Made by a program: the position numbers and the translations under genes. From an uncultured Verrucomicrobia subdivision 3 bacterium (GTDB taxonomy: Bacteria > Verrucomicrobiota > Verrucomicrobiia > Limisphaerales > UBA11358): a stretch of 64,000 bases of DNA. The stretch lies in contig CAIJGS010000068.1 of NCBI GenBank assembly GCA_903820285.1, forward strand, positions 2,214 through 66,213, given 5' to 3'. Position 1 is the first letter of the stretch, and each line of letters opens with the position of its first letter. A model generated the notes under the pieces. The model made no database searches and was not told the DNA's origin. It saw nothing but the letters and a program-made list of their open reading frames with translations. Shown here piece by piece: positions 48,448 to 59,066 of this stretch.

Positions 48448-49971
48448 TTACTGTCCGCCAATCCCCGGTGCCGCCGGCTGTCTTACCGCGTCCAGCTCCT
48501 GCGAAAGGCGCTCGCCGGTTTTCGGCTGCACCGCGTGCAAATCATTCGTCTCACCCAAATCATGCGCCAGATCGTAAAGCTGGGGCGTCTTGGAAAATCC
48601 GGTCGCCGGCCGGTTTACCTTCATCGGCGCAATGAATTTCCATGCCCCTTCGCGAAAACCCAGCAGCCGCGTGCCGTCATGCTCCACCAGTTTTTCGCGC
48701 CCGTTCGGCGTATCGCCCAGCAACGCCGGCAGCACGTTCACGCTGTCCGGCGCATCCCCGGCCGGAATTTTCTCCCCGGCCAGCGCCGCGAACGATGCCG
48801 GGAAATCCATGAGACACACCAGGGCGTCCGAGACGCCGGGCTTCACCCGGCCCGGCCAGCGCACAATAAACGGCACGCGCGTGCCGCCTTCATAAATTGA
48901 ATATTTCCCGCCGCGCAACGGCCCCGCCGGTGTGTGGCCGTTCAGATTCTCCACCGCGCCGTCCGCGTAGCCGTCATCCAGCACCGGCCCGTTGTCGCTG
49001 GATAAAATCACAACCGTATTGGATGCCAGGTGCAACCGGTCCAGCGTCGCCATGATTTCGCCCACGCACCAGTCGAACTCCACAATCACATCGCCGCGCA
49101 CCCCGCAGCCGCTCTTGCCCACAAAACGCGGATGTGGCACCCGCGGCACATGCGGATCATGCGTCGCAAAATAGAGGAAGAACGGCGTATTCGTACTGCG
49201 TTGGATGAAATCCACCGCCTTACCCGTCAGCACATCCGCCTTGTCTTCGTCCTTCCATCGCGCCGCCTTCCCGCCCGTCATGAACCCAATGCGGCTGATG
49301 CCGTCTATAATCGTGCCGTCATGCCCTACGGACAAACCCATCTTCAACAACTCTGGATGCTCCCGCCCCGTCGGCTCGTCGCCCACCGGCGTGCCGTAGC
49401 TGACCGAAATTGGATCCTTCGGGTCCAACCCCACTACGGAATGGTTTTCGATATATACACACGGCACGCGATCGCCTGTGGCCGCCATGATGAAACCGTA
49501 ATCAAATCCCAGCTCGTTCGGCCCCGGCTTGATGTCGCCATTCCAATCCGCGCCGCCTGGCCCGCCCAGACCCAGATGCCATTTGCCCACAATCCCTGTC
49601 TGGTAACCGCCGTGTTTCAAAATCGAGGCCAGCGTCGCTTGGTTCGGATCAATGATCAGCGGCGCGTTGCCCGGCAGCACCCCCGTACCGGGTTTGCGCC
49701 ACGGATATTGCCCCGTGAGCAGTGCATAGCGCGACGGCGTGCACGTGGCCGAAGTGGCATGGGCATCAGTGAACCGCAACCCCTCGTGCCCCAGCCGGTC
49801 CACATTCGGCGTCGGAATTTTCGTAGCCCCGTAGCAGCCCGTATCGCCAAAACCCAGATCATCCGCGAGGATGAGGATGATATTGGGCTTGGGCGACGTG
49901 GCCGGCGCCGGAGCGGCGAACAGGGGAAGCGCTGGCAACAGGGCGCAACCGATCAGGACAATGGATTTCAT
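48448..49971 (-). CDS. Cys-type sulfatase (arylsulfatase family) 1
   Basis: Signal peptide, NIILILADDLGFGD, formylglycine motif CTPSRYALLTG and GKWHLG. Confidence 0.9.
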   Translation of the reverse strand: MKSIVLIGCALLPALPLFAAPAPATSPKPNIILILADDLGFGDTGCYGATKIPTPNVDRLGHEGLRFTDAHATSATCTPSRYALLTGQYPWRKPGTGVLPGNAPLIIDPNQATLASILKHGGYQTGIVGKWHLGLGGPGGADWNGDIKPGPNELGFDYGFIMAATGDRVPCVYIENHSVVGLDPKDPISVSYGTPVGDEPTGREHPELLKMGLSVGHDGTIIDGISRIGFMTGGKAARWKDEDKADVLTGKAVDFIQRSTNTPFFLYFATHDPHVPRVPHPRFVGKSGCGVRGDVIVEFDWCVGEIMATLDRLHLASNTVVILSSDNGPVLDDGYADGAVENLNGHTPAGPLRGGKYSIYEGGTRVPFIVRWPGRVKPGVSDALVCLMDFPASFAALAGEKIPAGDAPDSVNVLPALLGDTPNGREKLVEHDGTRLLGFREGAWKFIAPMKVNRPATGFSKTPQLYDLAHDLGETNDLHAVQPKTGERLSQELDAVRQPAAPGIGGQ

Positions 49972-50005
49972 GATTCGTGGTCAGGTTCTGAAAATAATTT
50001 TAGAT

Positions 50006-51574
50006 TTACCGGGCCGGAGCCCCAAAAGCCCGCGGATCATCCTGAGCCGGCTCTTTCAATTCGGTCCGCTGCCGGAATACTTCCTGCATCAGGTTGGTTT
50101 GTACCGTCGCGTAGGCTGGATCGCCAAACACACTGCGCATTTCGCCGGCATCTTTTTCGCGATCAAACAGCTCCCAGTAATCATCGGGAATATTGGCAAT
50201 CGCCTTTTGTGCCGGCTCGAACACGGTGGGCTTGTAAAAGTGCGCCAACGTATAACGGCTGGTAATAACCCCGTAATGTGGTCGCACATGGTGATCCGCC
50301 GGATACTCGTAGTAATGATAATAAAATGCCGAGCGCCAGTCAGCCGGCGTCGTGCCGTGAAAGATTGGCAGCAGACTGCGGCCCTGCATGCGTTCGGGGA
50401 TGGGCAGCCCAGCCGTCTCCAAAAAAGTCTCCGGCAGATCCAGGCTGGACACCACATCCTTGTTCACACTCCCCGCCGGAATCACGCCGGGCCACCGAAC
50501 CAGCAGCGGCGTGCGCGCCGATTCCTGAAAAATCCAACGCTTGTCAAACCACCCATGTTCGCCCAAAAAAAAGCCCTGGTCCGAGGAATAAATCACAATC
50601 GTATTACTCGCCAGACCCGTGTCATCCAGATATTTCAGAATTCGGCCCACGTTGTCATCCACGCTCTTGATGCACCCCAGATAATCATGCATGAACCGGT
50701 TGTACTTCCATTCTGTCAGCTCCCGGCCGGTGAGATTCTTTTTCAGAAATGCCTCATTGCGCGGACCATAATATGCCTCCCAGATTTTTTTCTGCTCTGG
50801 CGAAAGATCCGGCGGCACGGTCAGCTTGCTGTCCTCATTCAACCGCATCGTATTCGCAATCGTCATGTTCTGGTCGTGCTCCGCTTCGCCGCGACCCGTG
50901 TAGTCATCAAACAAACTGTCCGGCAGCGGATAAGTGCGGTCATGGTCAAAATCCAAGTCGCGCAGCGCCGGTTCCCACGGCCGGTGCGGCGCCTTTTGCC
51001 AGCACAGCAGCATGAACGGCTTGTTCGTATCCCGCTGTTTTAACCAGTCCAGCGAGAGGTCCGTGATGATGTCCGTCACGTAACCCGGATGCCGCACCCG
51101 CTGGCCTTCGCGGATTAGCATCGGGTTATAATAAATCCCCTGGCCCGGTAGGATTTCCCAATGGTCAAACCCCGTCGGATCCGTTTCCAAATGCCATTTC
51201 CCAATCACCGCCGTCGTGTAACCGGCCGCCTGCAATAATTTGGGATACGTCGTTTGCGAGCCATCAAAACGGCTGTTGCCATTGTTATAAAACCCGTTGA
51301 TATGACTGTACGTGCCCGTAAGTATTGAAGCCCGCGCCGGCCCGCACAGTGAATTGTTCACCAGACAGCCGACAAACCGCATGCCTTCATGCGCCAGCCG
51401 GTCAATATTCGGCGTTTGGATCAAATGCCGCCCTTCGGCATACGCGCTCACCGCCTGCCACGCATGGTCATCCGCCATGATGAACAGAATGTTCGGCCGC
51501 GCCGGCACCGCCATTGCCACTGCCGGCAAGAACAGTCCCGCGAGAATATAACTGTACTGTACTAAACGCTTCAT
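50006..51574 (-). CDS. Cys-type sulfatase 2
   Basis: Signal peptide, NILFIMADDH, motif CGPARASILTG and GKWHL. Confidence 0.9.
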   Translation of the reverse strand: MKRLVQYSYILAGLFLPAVAMAVPARPNILFIMADDHAWQAVSAYAEGRHLIQTPNIDRLAHEGMRFVGCLVNNSLCGPARASILTGTYSHINGFYNNGNSRFDGSQTTYPKLLQAAGYTTAVIGKWHLETDPTGFDHWEILPGQGIYYNPMLIREGQRVRHPGYVTDIITDLSLDWLKQRDTNKPFMLLCWQKAPHRPWEPALRDLDFDHDRTYPLPDSLFDDYTGRGEAEHDQNMTIANTMRLNEDSKLTVPPDLSPEQKKIWEAYYGPRNEAFLKKNLTGRELTEWKYNRFMHDYLGCIKSVDDNVGRILKYLDDTGLASNTIVIYSSDQGFFLGEHGWFDKRWIFQESARTPLLVRWPGVIPAGSVNKDVVSSLDLPETFLETAGLPIPERMQGRSLLPIFHGTTPADWRSAFYYHYYEYPADHHVRPHYGVITSRYTLAHFYKPTVFEPAQKAIANIPDDYWELFDREKDAGEMRSVFGDPAYATVQTNLMQEVFRQRTELKEPAQDDPRAFGAPAR

Positions 51575-53082
51575 GATTTGCCCGGTTCTCCCGCTGCCCC
51601 TTCAGGCAGATGACCCGGCTCCCGCCGTCCCGCTCCCGGTTGTTTCACCGACGTGTCGCCCAGATCCGCCCGCGCCTTTTCCACTTCGGCCTCGAGTTGC
51701 TTCACCACGTCCGGATGCTGCGCGGATACATCCGTCGTTTCGCCGATGTCGTTCGCCAAATCGTAAAGTTCTTCCTTCAGCACCTTGCGGTACGAATACG
51801 GCGCCGGCACCCCGTTCTTTCCGCCCGGGCGGCCCGCCAGGCTCGTGTATTGGTGTGGCAATTGCAATTTCCACCGGCCGTCACTCGTGGTTACCGCCTG
51901 CAACTGGTTCACCTCATAATAAAACCAGTACGCCTCGTGCGGATTCTTCGCGCCCGGGGTCCGGGAAATGATCGGCCACACGTCCAGTCCGTCAATGTGC
52001 CGCACTGGCAGCGGCGCGCCCACCTGCCGGGCAATCGTCGGGAACAGGTCAATGGACATCAGCATGTCCCACGTATCCGCGCCCGGCGGAATATGACCCG
52101 GCCAGCGCATGATGCACGGCTCGCGCGTGCCGCCCTCCCAGTTCGTGCCCTTGCCTTCGCGCAACGGTTTCGCCGACCCCGCATGATTGCCGTAGCACAG
52201 CCACGGTCCGTTGTCCGACGTGAAAATCACCCACGTATTGTCATCCAGTCCGTTCTGTTTCAACGCCGCCAGAATCTGGCCCACCGACCAGTCAATCTCC
52301 TCGATCACGTCGCCGTACAATCCCCGCGCCGTTTTGCCGCGAAACTTGTCGCTTACTCCCAGCGGCACATGCGGCATACTTTGCGCCACATACAGCAGAA
52401 ACGGATGGTCCTTGTTCGCCTCAATGAACTTCACCGCCCGCTCCGTGTACCATGTCGTCAGATGGTTCAGATCATCAATGGACATCTCTGTGCGGAACTT
52501 TTTCTCACCGTCATAAATCGGCAGGTTGGGATATTCTCGCTTGATCGCCACCGTGGCTGGCGGAAAATTTGTGATCAAATCCGGATGCCCCGGCCAGTAG
52601 TCCACCGACAGCGGCAGCCCGAAGAATTCATCGAAACCGTGCCGCAGCGGCATGAAGGAAGGCGCGTCGCCCAGATGCCATTTGCCAAACATCGCCGTCG
52701 CATAACCCCGCTGCTTCACCAATTGTGCCAGCGTCATTTCCTGGTCGCTCAGCCCCACCTTGGAATGCGGCCCCAGTGCGCCGTGAATGCCGATGCGATT
52801 TGGATAGCACCCCGTCAGCAGGGCCGCGCGCGAGGCGGAGCACACCGGCTGCGCCACATGAAAATTCCGGAACACCGCGCCCTCGTCCGCCATGCGATCC
52901 AGATTCGGCGTCTGAAACCCCTCCGCGCCAAACTTGCCCACATCCGCGTAGCCCTGGTCATCCGTAAATACAATGACGATGTTCGGCCGGCTCGGATCCG
53001 TTGCCGCTGTTGCGGAAAACCCGGCGACCATCGCCGCCGCCAGCCCCGCGATGACACTGATTCGTTGATACATGGAAAGCAT
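51571..53082 (-). CDS. Cys-type sulfatase 3 (C-x-A-x-R variant)
   Basis: NIVIVFTDDQGYAD, motif CSASRAALLTG and GKWHLG. The start is uncertain: Met codons at 53073, 53082 and 53112 all precede the signal peptide, and the track ORF to 53298 is unlikely. Confidence 0.85.
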   Translation of the reverse strand: MLSMYQRISVIAGLAAAMVAGFSATAATDPSRPNIVIVFTDDQGYADVGKFGAEGFQTPNLDRMADEGAVFRNFHVAQPVCSASRAALLTGCYPNRIGIHGALGPHSKVGLSDQEMTLAQLVKQRGYATAMFGKWHLGDAPSFMPLRHGFDEFFGLPLSVDYWPGHPDLITNFPPATVAIKREYPNLPIYDGEKKFRTEMSIDDLNHLTTWYTERAVKFIEANKDHPFLLYVAQSMPHVPLGVSDKFRGKTARGLYGDVIEEIDWSVGQILAALKQNGLDDNTWVIFTSDNGPWLCYGNHAGSAKPLREGKGTNWEGGTREPCIMRWPGHIPPGADTWDMLMSIDLFPTIARQVGAPLPVRHIDGLDVWPIISRTPGAKNPHEAYWFYYEVNQLQAVTTSDGRWKLQLPHQYTSLAGRPGGKNGVPAPYSYRKVLKEELYDLANDIGETTDVSAQHPDVVKQLEAEVEKARADLGDTSVKQPGAGRREPGHLPEGAAGEPGKS

Positions 53083-53240
53083 GAGACGTGTGGCAATGTA
53101 AAATGGTTGCATCAGGTTAATCCAAAATCCGGAGCGGTGCCGGAAAACGCCCCCCGGACCGCGAGTTGTCCCAACTCGCAGCGCGCCGCCACTTGGCACG
53201 GGTGGAGGGATTTCACCGTCCCCCAGCCTGGCGACCCGCT

Positions 53241-53265
53241 GCGGTTTGAGACAAACCGCGCTCCG
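53241..53265 (+). repeat. short hairpin element ending in GCGCTCCG
   Basis: gcggttt-gagac-aaaccgc-gctccg, in the 240-nt gap inside the sulfatase array. Confidence 0.5.
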
Positions 53266-53322
53266 CCGCCAGAAAATTTTATGACATCTTGCAACCATTT
53301 CAGAAGCGATGAAAGATACAGG

Positions 53323-54780
53323 TTATTCCGTGGCCCCTGCTTTGACCGGCACCGCTGCGCCGCCCGGCACATAATCCGGATTTGGCACCGGCAATTGCGC
53401 GCCCACGTCCTTCAGCCACGCATCCAGCCGCACCTCCAGTTCCTGCCGTTTCTCCGGTTGGGCCGCCGCCAGATCATTCGTCTCCGAAAGATCCGCCTTC
53501 AAATTATAAACTTCCTCCCGACCGGTCTCATAAAACCGGATCAGTTTCCAGTCCCCCACATGTGCCACGCTATACGGCGAAATCTTTCCGCCATTCCAAT
53601 AGTGCGGATAATGCCAGAACAGTTCCGGATGCGGCGTCACCGCCTCGCCGCGCAGCAGCGGCACCAGGCTCACCCCATCCACCGCCGTGCGGCTGGCCGA
53701 CCTGTCCGCGCCCGCCAGTTCCAGCAGCGTTGGGAAAAAATCCATTGTGATCACCGGCGTATCACAAACCCGGCCGGCCGTCGTCAGCCCCGGAATCTTT
53801 ACCAGCAGTGGCACGCGCAATCCGCCTTCATACGCCGACCCTTTTCCATTTCGCAACGGCAGATTCGACGTCGCCGGCGGTTTCCCAAAATGTACTGCGC
53901 CCCCATTGTCAGAAGTGAAAATGACCAGCGTATTCTCGGTGAGATGCAGCTCCGCCAGCTTCTTGAGAATCCGCCCCACGCTTTCGTCCACGCTGCTCAC
54001 CATCGCCGAATACACCGCATTATTCTGACCGTCCGCGCCCGGTTGGTCCGCCGCCGCATCAATCAGCTCCTGCTTGCCCATCAGCGGCGCATGCACCGCG
54101 TAGTGACAAAAGTTCAGGTAAAACGGATGATCCTTGTTCTGCTCGATAAAGTTCAGCGCCTCGTCCGTGAGCTGGTCCGTCAGGTAACTGCCCTTCGCCC
54201 CGCCACGCGCCGCCAGACCGGGCACATGATTCGGATTCTTCTCCGGCCCGTACGGCCAGAAATACGACGCCGGATGCCCTGTCTCGCCGCCGGCGATGTT
54301 CGTATCAAACCCCTGGTGCTGCGGCAAAAATCCACCGCCGCCCAAATGCCATTTCCCGATGTGACCCGTCACGTAGCCCGCCCGCTTCAACGCCGTTGCC
54401 AGCGTCGTTTCCTCCAGTGGCAGATGTTGCTGCCAGTCCGGCAGCAGAAACCGGCTGTTCTTCGGCGCACCCTCGCCCGCAATCCAGTCCGTGATGTGCA
54501 GCCGCGCCGGATATTTTCCCGTCATCAGCGCCGCCCGCGTGGGCGAGCATACCGCGCACGCCGCGTACGCCGAGGTAAAGCGCACCCCGGATGCCGCCAG
54601 CGCGTCAATCTGCGGTGTGTGATAATATTTGCTCCCGTTCGCGCCAATATCCTTCCATCCCATGTCATCAATCAGGATGAAAACAATGTTCGGCTTCGCC
54701 GGCGGTTCCGAAGCGGTGGCAAAACCCCGGCCGGTCACCAAGCCAAGCAATGCCAAACCCAACAATATGCGCATTTTCAT
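53323..54780 (-). CDS. Cys-type sulfatase 4
   Basis: Signal peptide, NIVFILIDDMGW, motif CSPTRAALMTG and GKWHLG. Confidence 0.9.
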   Translation of the reverse strand: MKMRILLGLALLGLVTGRGFATASEPPAKPNIVFILIDDMGWKDIGANGSKYYHTPQIDALAASGVRFTSAYAACAVCSPTRAALMTGKYPARLHITDWIAGEGAPKNSRFLLPDWQQHLPLEETTLATALKRAGYVTGHIGKWHLGGGGFLPQHQGFDTNIAGGETGHPASYFWPYGPEKNPNHVPGLAARGGAKGSYLTDQLTDEALNFIEQNKDHPFYLNFCHYAVHAPLMGKQELIDAAADQPGADGQNNAVYSAMVSSVDESVGRILKKLAELHLTENTLVIFTSDNGGAVHFGKPPATSNLPLRNGKGSAYEGGLRVPLLVKIPGLTTAGRVCDTPVITMDFFPTLLELAGADRSASRTAVDGVSLVPLLRGEAVTPHPELFWHYPHYWNGGKISPYSVAHVGDWKLIRFYETGREEVYNLKADLSETNDLAAAQPEKRQELEVRLDAWLKDVGAQLPVPNPDYVPGGAAVPVKAGATE

Positions 54781-54786
54781 ACAGGT

Positions 54787-56295
54787 TTATAATTTATCCG
54801 GATGATCGAGCAGCGGACACGGAAATTCCGGCGACGCCACATGTTGCGCCCGCATCAGGCCGGACAGTTTCTCCACTAGCTCCGGATGTTCCGCTGCCAC
54901 ATTGGTCGTTTCCATCGGGTCCGCCGACAGATTATAAAGTTCCAGCGTCGGTGCCGCCGGTTTCTTCGGAGTGCCCAGCAGATTCCGCCGCAGCAATTTC
55001 CAATCGCCCACCCGGATCGCTTGCTGTCCGCCGTACCCGTGAAATTCCCGGTACAGGAACGGCCGCGGCTCCTGCACCTCGCCCCGCAGCGTCGCCGCAA
55101 AACTGATGCCATCCGCCGTCGCCGGCACCAGGTTCGTCGCCCCCGCAAGCTCCAGCAGCGTGGGCATCCAGTCTTCAAACCCCGTGACAAACGGCGAGGT
55201 CGTGCCCGCCGGCACATGCCCCGGCCAGCGCACAATCAGCGGCTCGCGCATGCCGCCTTCATAAATGTCGCCCTTGTAACCATGCAAATCGCCATTCGAA
55301 TGAAAATAGACCGGATCAAACCCGGACAGCGGATACACCGCCCCGTTGTCGGACGTGAAAATGAAAATTGTGTCCCCGTCCAGGCCCAGATCCAGCACCA
55401 GTTGATGCAAACGTCCGATGTCCCGGTCCATTCGCGTGATCATCGCCGCGTACGCCGCGTGCGGATATTGGTGCGGCAGATAACCATCCCCGCCCGTATA
55501 CGGCCTGTCGTCCAGCTTGCCTTTGTACTCCGTCAGCGAATCCTCCGGCACCTGCAATGCCAGATGCGGCACCGTGGTCGGATAATACAGGAAGAACGGC
55601 TTGTCCCGGTTGTCCTTGATAAACTTCAACGCTCGCTCGCAGCACAAATCCGGCGCATACTGTTTCCCGATGAATGTCGCATAGCTGGCCGGACTGTTGG
55701 AATCGCTGCCTGCTGGAATCGAGAGGCCTTCCTTCTCCGAAACATTCCCGTTGCCCGTCAGCACAAACTTCCCTTCATCGTCATTCAGGAACTGCGGAAA
55801 ATAATTATGCGCCTGCCGCTGATCGTTGAAACCAAAGAAATGGTCAAACCCGTGCTTCAGCGGGTCGCCCGTCGAACCCACCCCGCCCAGACCCCACTTG
55901 CCGAACGCCGCCGTCGCGTAGCCCGCCGCCTTCATCATCGCCGCCAGACTCGGCTCGTCCGCCGGAATCGGGATCTGCCCCTGAAACGAGTACCACGACC
56001 CGATCTCATGGTTGTCCCGCACAAATGCATGCCCCGGATGCCGCCCCGTCATCAGCACGCACCGCGCCGGCGCGCACACCGGGCTCCCTGAATAATGTTG
56101 CGTGAACTTCATCCCCTCCGCCGCGAACTTATCCAGCGTCGGCGTATGAATGATCTTTTGCCCGAACGCCCCGATGTCGCCGTAGCCCAGGTCGTCCGCC
56201 AGCACAAAAATGATGTTCGGTTTGCGCCCCGGTTCGGCCGCCTGAAGACCCGCCACGAACAGGCCCGCTACCAGCAATGGTAAAATCCGTTTCAT
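54787..56295 (-). CDS. Cys-type sulfatase 5
   Basis: Start taken at the internal Met MKRILPLL (CAT 56293..56295), which removes the overlap with the upstream gene. NIIFVLADDLGYGD and motif CAPARCVLMTG. Confidence 0.88.
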   Translation of the reverse strand: MKRILPLLVAGLFVAGLQAAEPGRKPNIIFVLADDLGYGDIGAFGQKIIHTPTLDKFAAEGMKFTQHYSGSPVCAPARCVLMTGRHPGHAFVRDNHEIGSWYSFQGQIPIPADEPSLAAMMKAAGYATAAFGKWGLGGVGSTGDPLKHGFDHFFGFNDQRQAHNYFPQFLNDDEGKFVLTGNGNVSEKEGLSIPAGSDSNSPASYATFIGKQYAPDLCCERALKFIKDNRDKPFFLYYPTTVPHLALQVPEDSLTEYKGKLDDRPYTGGDGYLPHQYPHAAYAAMITRMDRDIGRLHQLVLDLGLDGDTIFIFTSDNGAVYPLSGFDPVYFHSNGDLHGYKGDIYEGGMREPLIVRWPGHVPAGTTSPFVTGFEDWMPTLLELAGATNLVPATADGISFAATLRGEVQEPRPFLYREFHGYGGQQAIRVGDWKLLRRNLLGTPKKPAAPTLELYNLSADPMETTNVAAEHPELVEKLSGLMRAQHVASPEFPCPLLDHPDKL

Positions 56296-56327
56296 AATTT
56301 TTATCGTTAAAAAGTTAGGCTGCAAAA

Positions 56328-58088
56328 TTATTTCCAAGTGGCCGGCGACTCGCTCCACACAGAGCCAAAGTTTCCCTGCACCAGCACCCGGCACGCCCCC
56401 GTTGCCCCCGCCCCCGGAATCTCAATCGTGTGCGCTCCGGAAGCCAGCGTCGCCGGCTCCAGGTGATGCGCCCAGCGTTCCGCAAATGTGAGTGCTTCCT
56501 TCGGCCCGTAAAATACTGTCACCTTCGCCGGTTGTTTGGGACCGTTGATGTCAAAGGTCACGCTTACGCCGCCGCCGTTCTTTTGAACCGCTTTCACCGC
56601 CACCGTGGCTGGCATCGCGTCCAGTTCCGCCACCCGGTCCGGGGCCAGATAATCCGGCGTTGACTGGCCCGGCTTCGACCGGATCACCGGTTTCGAGTTC
56701 GCATAGCGATATTGTTCGAGGCCGCCCATCGCCAGGCGAAACCAGCCGTCCGGCGCGAGTTGCGCCGTCTTTTGCAGCGGCTCGCCCGCCTTGATATCGC
56801 CCACCGTCATTTCATCCAGCGTATGCCACGCGCCGTGCTCATCACGGCACCAGCCCCGGAAATCCACGCCCCGGATAATCTCCGCGCTGCGCTGCACATC
56901 CGGCGGTCCCGGCACTTCCACGAATGCTCCCGGTAGCAGGTTGTGGCTGGACCGCCCTGCTTCATGCCATTTCCGGCCGGCCGCGTACAATTTCCAATGG
57001 TGCGTCGCGGGATCGAGAAAATAACCCGTATATGTGTCATACGGCTCGCCTGGTTCCAGCTTCAAAGCCAGCCTCACGGAAGCAATTGTCTGCCCCTCAA
57101 ACGGATTCCAGCCGCGCGGTTTTACGCCCGTCCCTTCGTGATCGAAGCCCCCAGACTCCTGACGCGGATCCCCCAGCGCCAGTAAATGCGACAGCCGTTC
57201 CACCGGCGGCTCCGCGTCGCCCTTCCCAAATGACCACATGGAAAAATTGATGCCGCTGCTTTTCCCGCCCGGTTCAAATGGTGAACCAAAATAGCCGAAC
57301 GGCGTCGTGATGGGCGCATACATGGAAGCTTCCCCCGGCAGCGGCCGTGCCTCCATCACCCACAGCCGGCTCTCCGCCTGCGCCGCCGACAGTTCCGAAC
57401 TGCCGAACTTTGCGTGAATCGCCGCTGCCCGCCAGCGCGAACGCACCAGCACCGCTGATTCCACACCCGGCCCCGTCACCACCACTTGCCGTACCGCGAT
57501 ACCCGCTCCCGCCGTTCCCGGCCCGCCCAATGAAAGCGCCAGTTCGTACAGCCCCGGCTTCGTCACCGCCAATTCCACCGGTTCCGGTTGCGGACCCGAA
57601 CCATCGGCCGCCTGCAACGTCACCGTCTGTTTCGTTTCCCCCAAGCCGACCTCCAAGGTCGTTCCCGCTGCCGCCGCCGGCACTTCCGGCGTGATCGACA
57701 GCTTCAAGGTCGCCGCTTGCGGTAACCACAATGCCCAGACCACCCGTGTGTCCGGCTCGGACAATCCTTCAATCCGCGACCAACTTTTGTTGCCGTTCAA
57801 TTCCGCGCCGGGATATTGGGGAGTCACTTCGCCGGTCAGGTGCAGCCGCCCGTGGAAAAAACATGAATCCGGCGTCAGCACCAGCCGGCCACCGCGCGCG
57901 TGCTGCCCCAAAATGCAAACCTCACGCGCCGCCTCCTGCCGTAAAGAAATCGCTTCGACCGGCGCGGTTAATTGGCCCAGCCCGTCATCCGCTGGCGCAC
58001 TCACGTCCGCCGGATTGGCGCGCAACCCGAAGCTACCGCCCGGGATAACCAGGGTCAGTGCCAGGGCGAGGCGGGTTGCCGGGTTCAT
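56328..58088 (-). CDS. secreted protein of unknown function, DUF3472-like central region
   Basis: Signal peptide from the internal Met MNPATRLALAL (CAT 58086..58088). The region FSMWSFG...YTGYFLD...WKLYAAGRKW...GAFVEVPG recalls DUF3472, from memory only. First gene of the sulfatase string. Confidence 0.55.
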   Translation of the reverse strand: MNPATRLALALTLVIPGGSFGLRANPADVSAPADDGLGQLTAPVEAISLRQEAAREVCILGQHARGGRLVLTPDSCFFHGRLHLTGEVTPQYPGAELNGNKSWSRIEGLSEPDTRVVWALWLPQAATLKLSITPEVPAAAAGTTLEVGLGETKQTVTLQAADGSGPQPEPVELAVTKPGLYELALSLGGPGTAGAGIAVRQVVVTGPGVESAVLVRSRWRAAAIHAKFGSSELSAAQAESRLWVMEARPLPGEASMYAPITTPFGYFGSPFEPGGKSSGINFSMWSFGKGDAEPPVERLSHLLALGDPRQESGGFDHEGTGVKPRGWNPFEGQTIASVRLALKLEPGEPYDTYTGYFLDPATHHWKLYAAGRKWHEAGRSSHNLLPGAFVEVPGPPDVQRSAEIIRGVDFRGWCRDEHGAWHTLDEMTVGDIKAGEPLQKTAQLAPDGWFRLAMGGLEQYRYANSKPVIRSKPGQSTPDYLAPDRVAELDAMPATVAVKAVQKNGGGVSVTFDINGPKQPAKVTVFYGPKEALTFAERWAHHLEPATLASGAHTIEIPGAGATGACRVLVQGNFGSVWSESPATWK

Positions 58089-58439
58089 AGAATCAGCGAG
58101 ACGGTGAAGTTGAAAGTGAAAGCGGCTCCCGCCGATTTCGTATTGCCCGGCCCATTGAGGAGTTCCGGAGACACCTTTGGCGGGCGGCACACCCGGTGTG
58201 TCGTCGAAGGTTGCAATGCTCCGTTTCCATAGGTGTCCGCGCCAGCCCGGCGCAGCGGTGGCCACCTTAACAGGCTCAAAAAGGAAATCAAATCTAAATT
58301 ATCTCGTGATAATAAAATGTACTGATAACTTCCTTGTCGGGGACTGCGGGCTCTGGTTGTTTTCCCTTGTCTTATTTCGTATTTACGGTTTAAGTGGAAT
58401 CGCTGCAACGGATTAATTCAACCGGGAAAGGGTCAAATC

Positions 58440-59066
58440 ATGGTCGCCGTCAAAATTGAATGTGGGTGCGGACAACACTACGCCTTCGATGTCGAACCCG
58501 TGAACGGACAGGCCGGCTTCCCCGTCGCCTGTCCCACCTGTGGTGCCGATGGCACCACCATCGCCAATGCCATCATCGCCCGCAACCTCGCCCCGGCCCC
58601 GGCCGCCGCCACCGGCAGCTTACGTATCTCCGGTGTGGCTGCGCCCGCTCCGGCCACCCCGCCGCCCATCATGGTGGATCCCAAAGCCCTCGGCCTCGTG
58701 GATCGCGCCACGGCCGAAAATGAAGCCCGCGCCAAGATCTCCTGGGGCGATGCGCAGGAAGACGTCATCAAATTTCTCATGCTGAACGGTTTTACCGTGC
58801 CCGAGGCCACCGACTTTGTGCAGAGCCTGTACCAGGAACGCCTCGCCACCGTCCGTTCCAACGGCATCTCGAAAATGTTGCAAGGGGGCGGTCTCATGCT
58901 GGTACCCGTGATCACCTTTATCATCTTTACCCATTTCGGCGTCATGCCCATCAAGCTTATGGGTATCGCCATGGCGGTGGGACTCTTTGGCGCCTGGTTG
59001 GTGCTTAAAGGCCTCGTCCTGCTCCTCGCCCCCAAAATGGAAACCGGCGACGTCGCGGATAATTAA
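58440..59066 (+). CDS. hypothetical zinc-ribbon protein with two C-terminal TM helices
   Basis: 208 aa. N-terminal CGCG...CPTCG, a Pro/Ala-rich linker, a helical domain and two hydrophobic helices. No family recognised. Confidence 0.6.
   Translation: MVAVKIECGCGQHYAFDVEPVNGQAGFPVACPTCGADGTTIANAIIARNLAPAPAAATGSLRISGVAAPAPATPPPIMVDPKALGLVDRATAENEARAKISWGDAQEDVIKFLMLNGFTVPEATDFVQSLYQERLATVRSNGISKMLQGGGLMLVPVITFIIFTHFGVMPIKLMGIAMAVGLFGAWLVLKGLVLLLAPKMETGDVADN

Noticed and set aside
51610-54792. 1060-aa plus-strand ORF spanning three sulfatase genes and an intergenic gap
   Set aside because: It lies antisense to well-supported sulfatase genes. Its translation is Arg/His/Pro/Gln-rich, low in complexity and free of recognisable motifs. 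This is the typical shadow ORF produced by GC3-biased genes on the other strand.
58205-58230. ATGCTCCG 8-mer upstream of the sulfatase string, resembling one arm of the 43654..43732 element
   Set aside because: Only 8 nt are shared and the arrangement of the half-sites differs. A match of this length is expected by chance in 128 kb of two-strand sequence.
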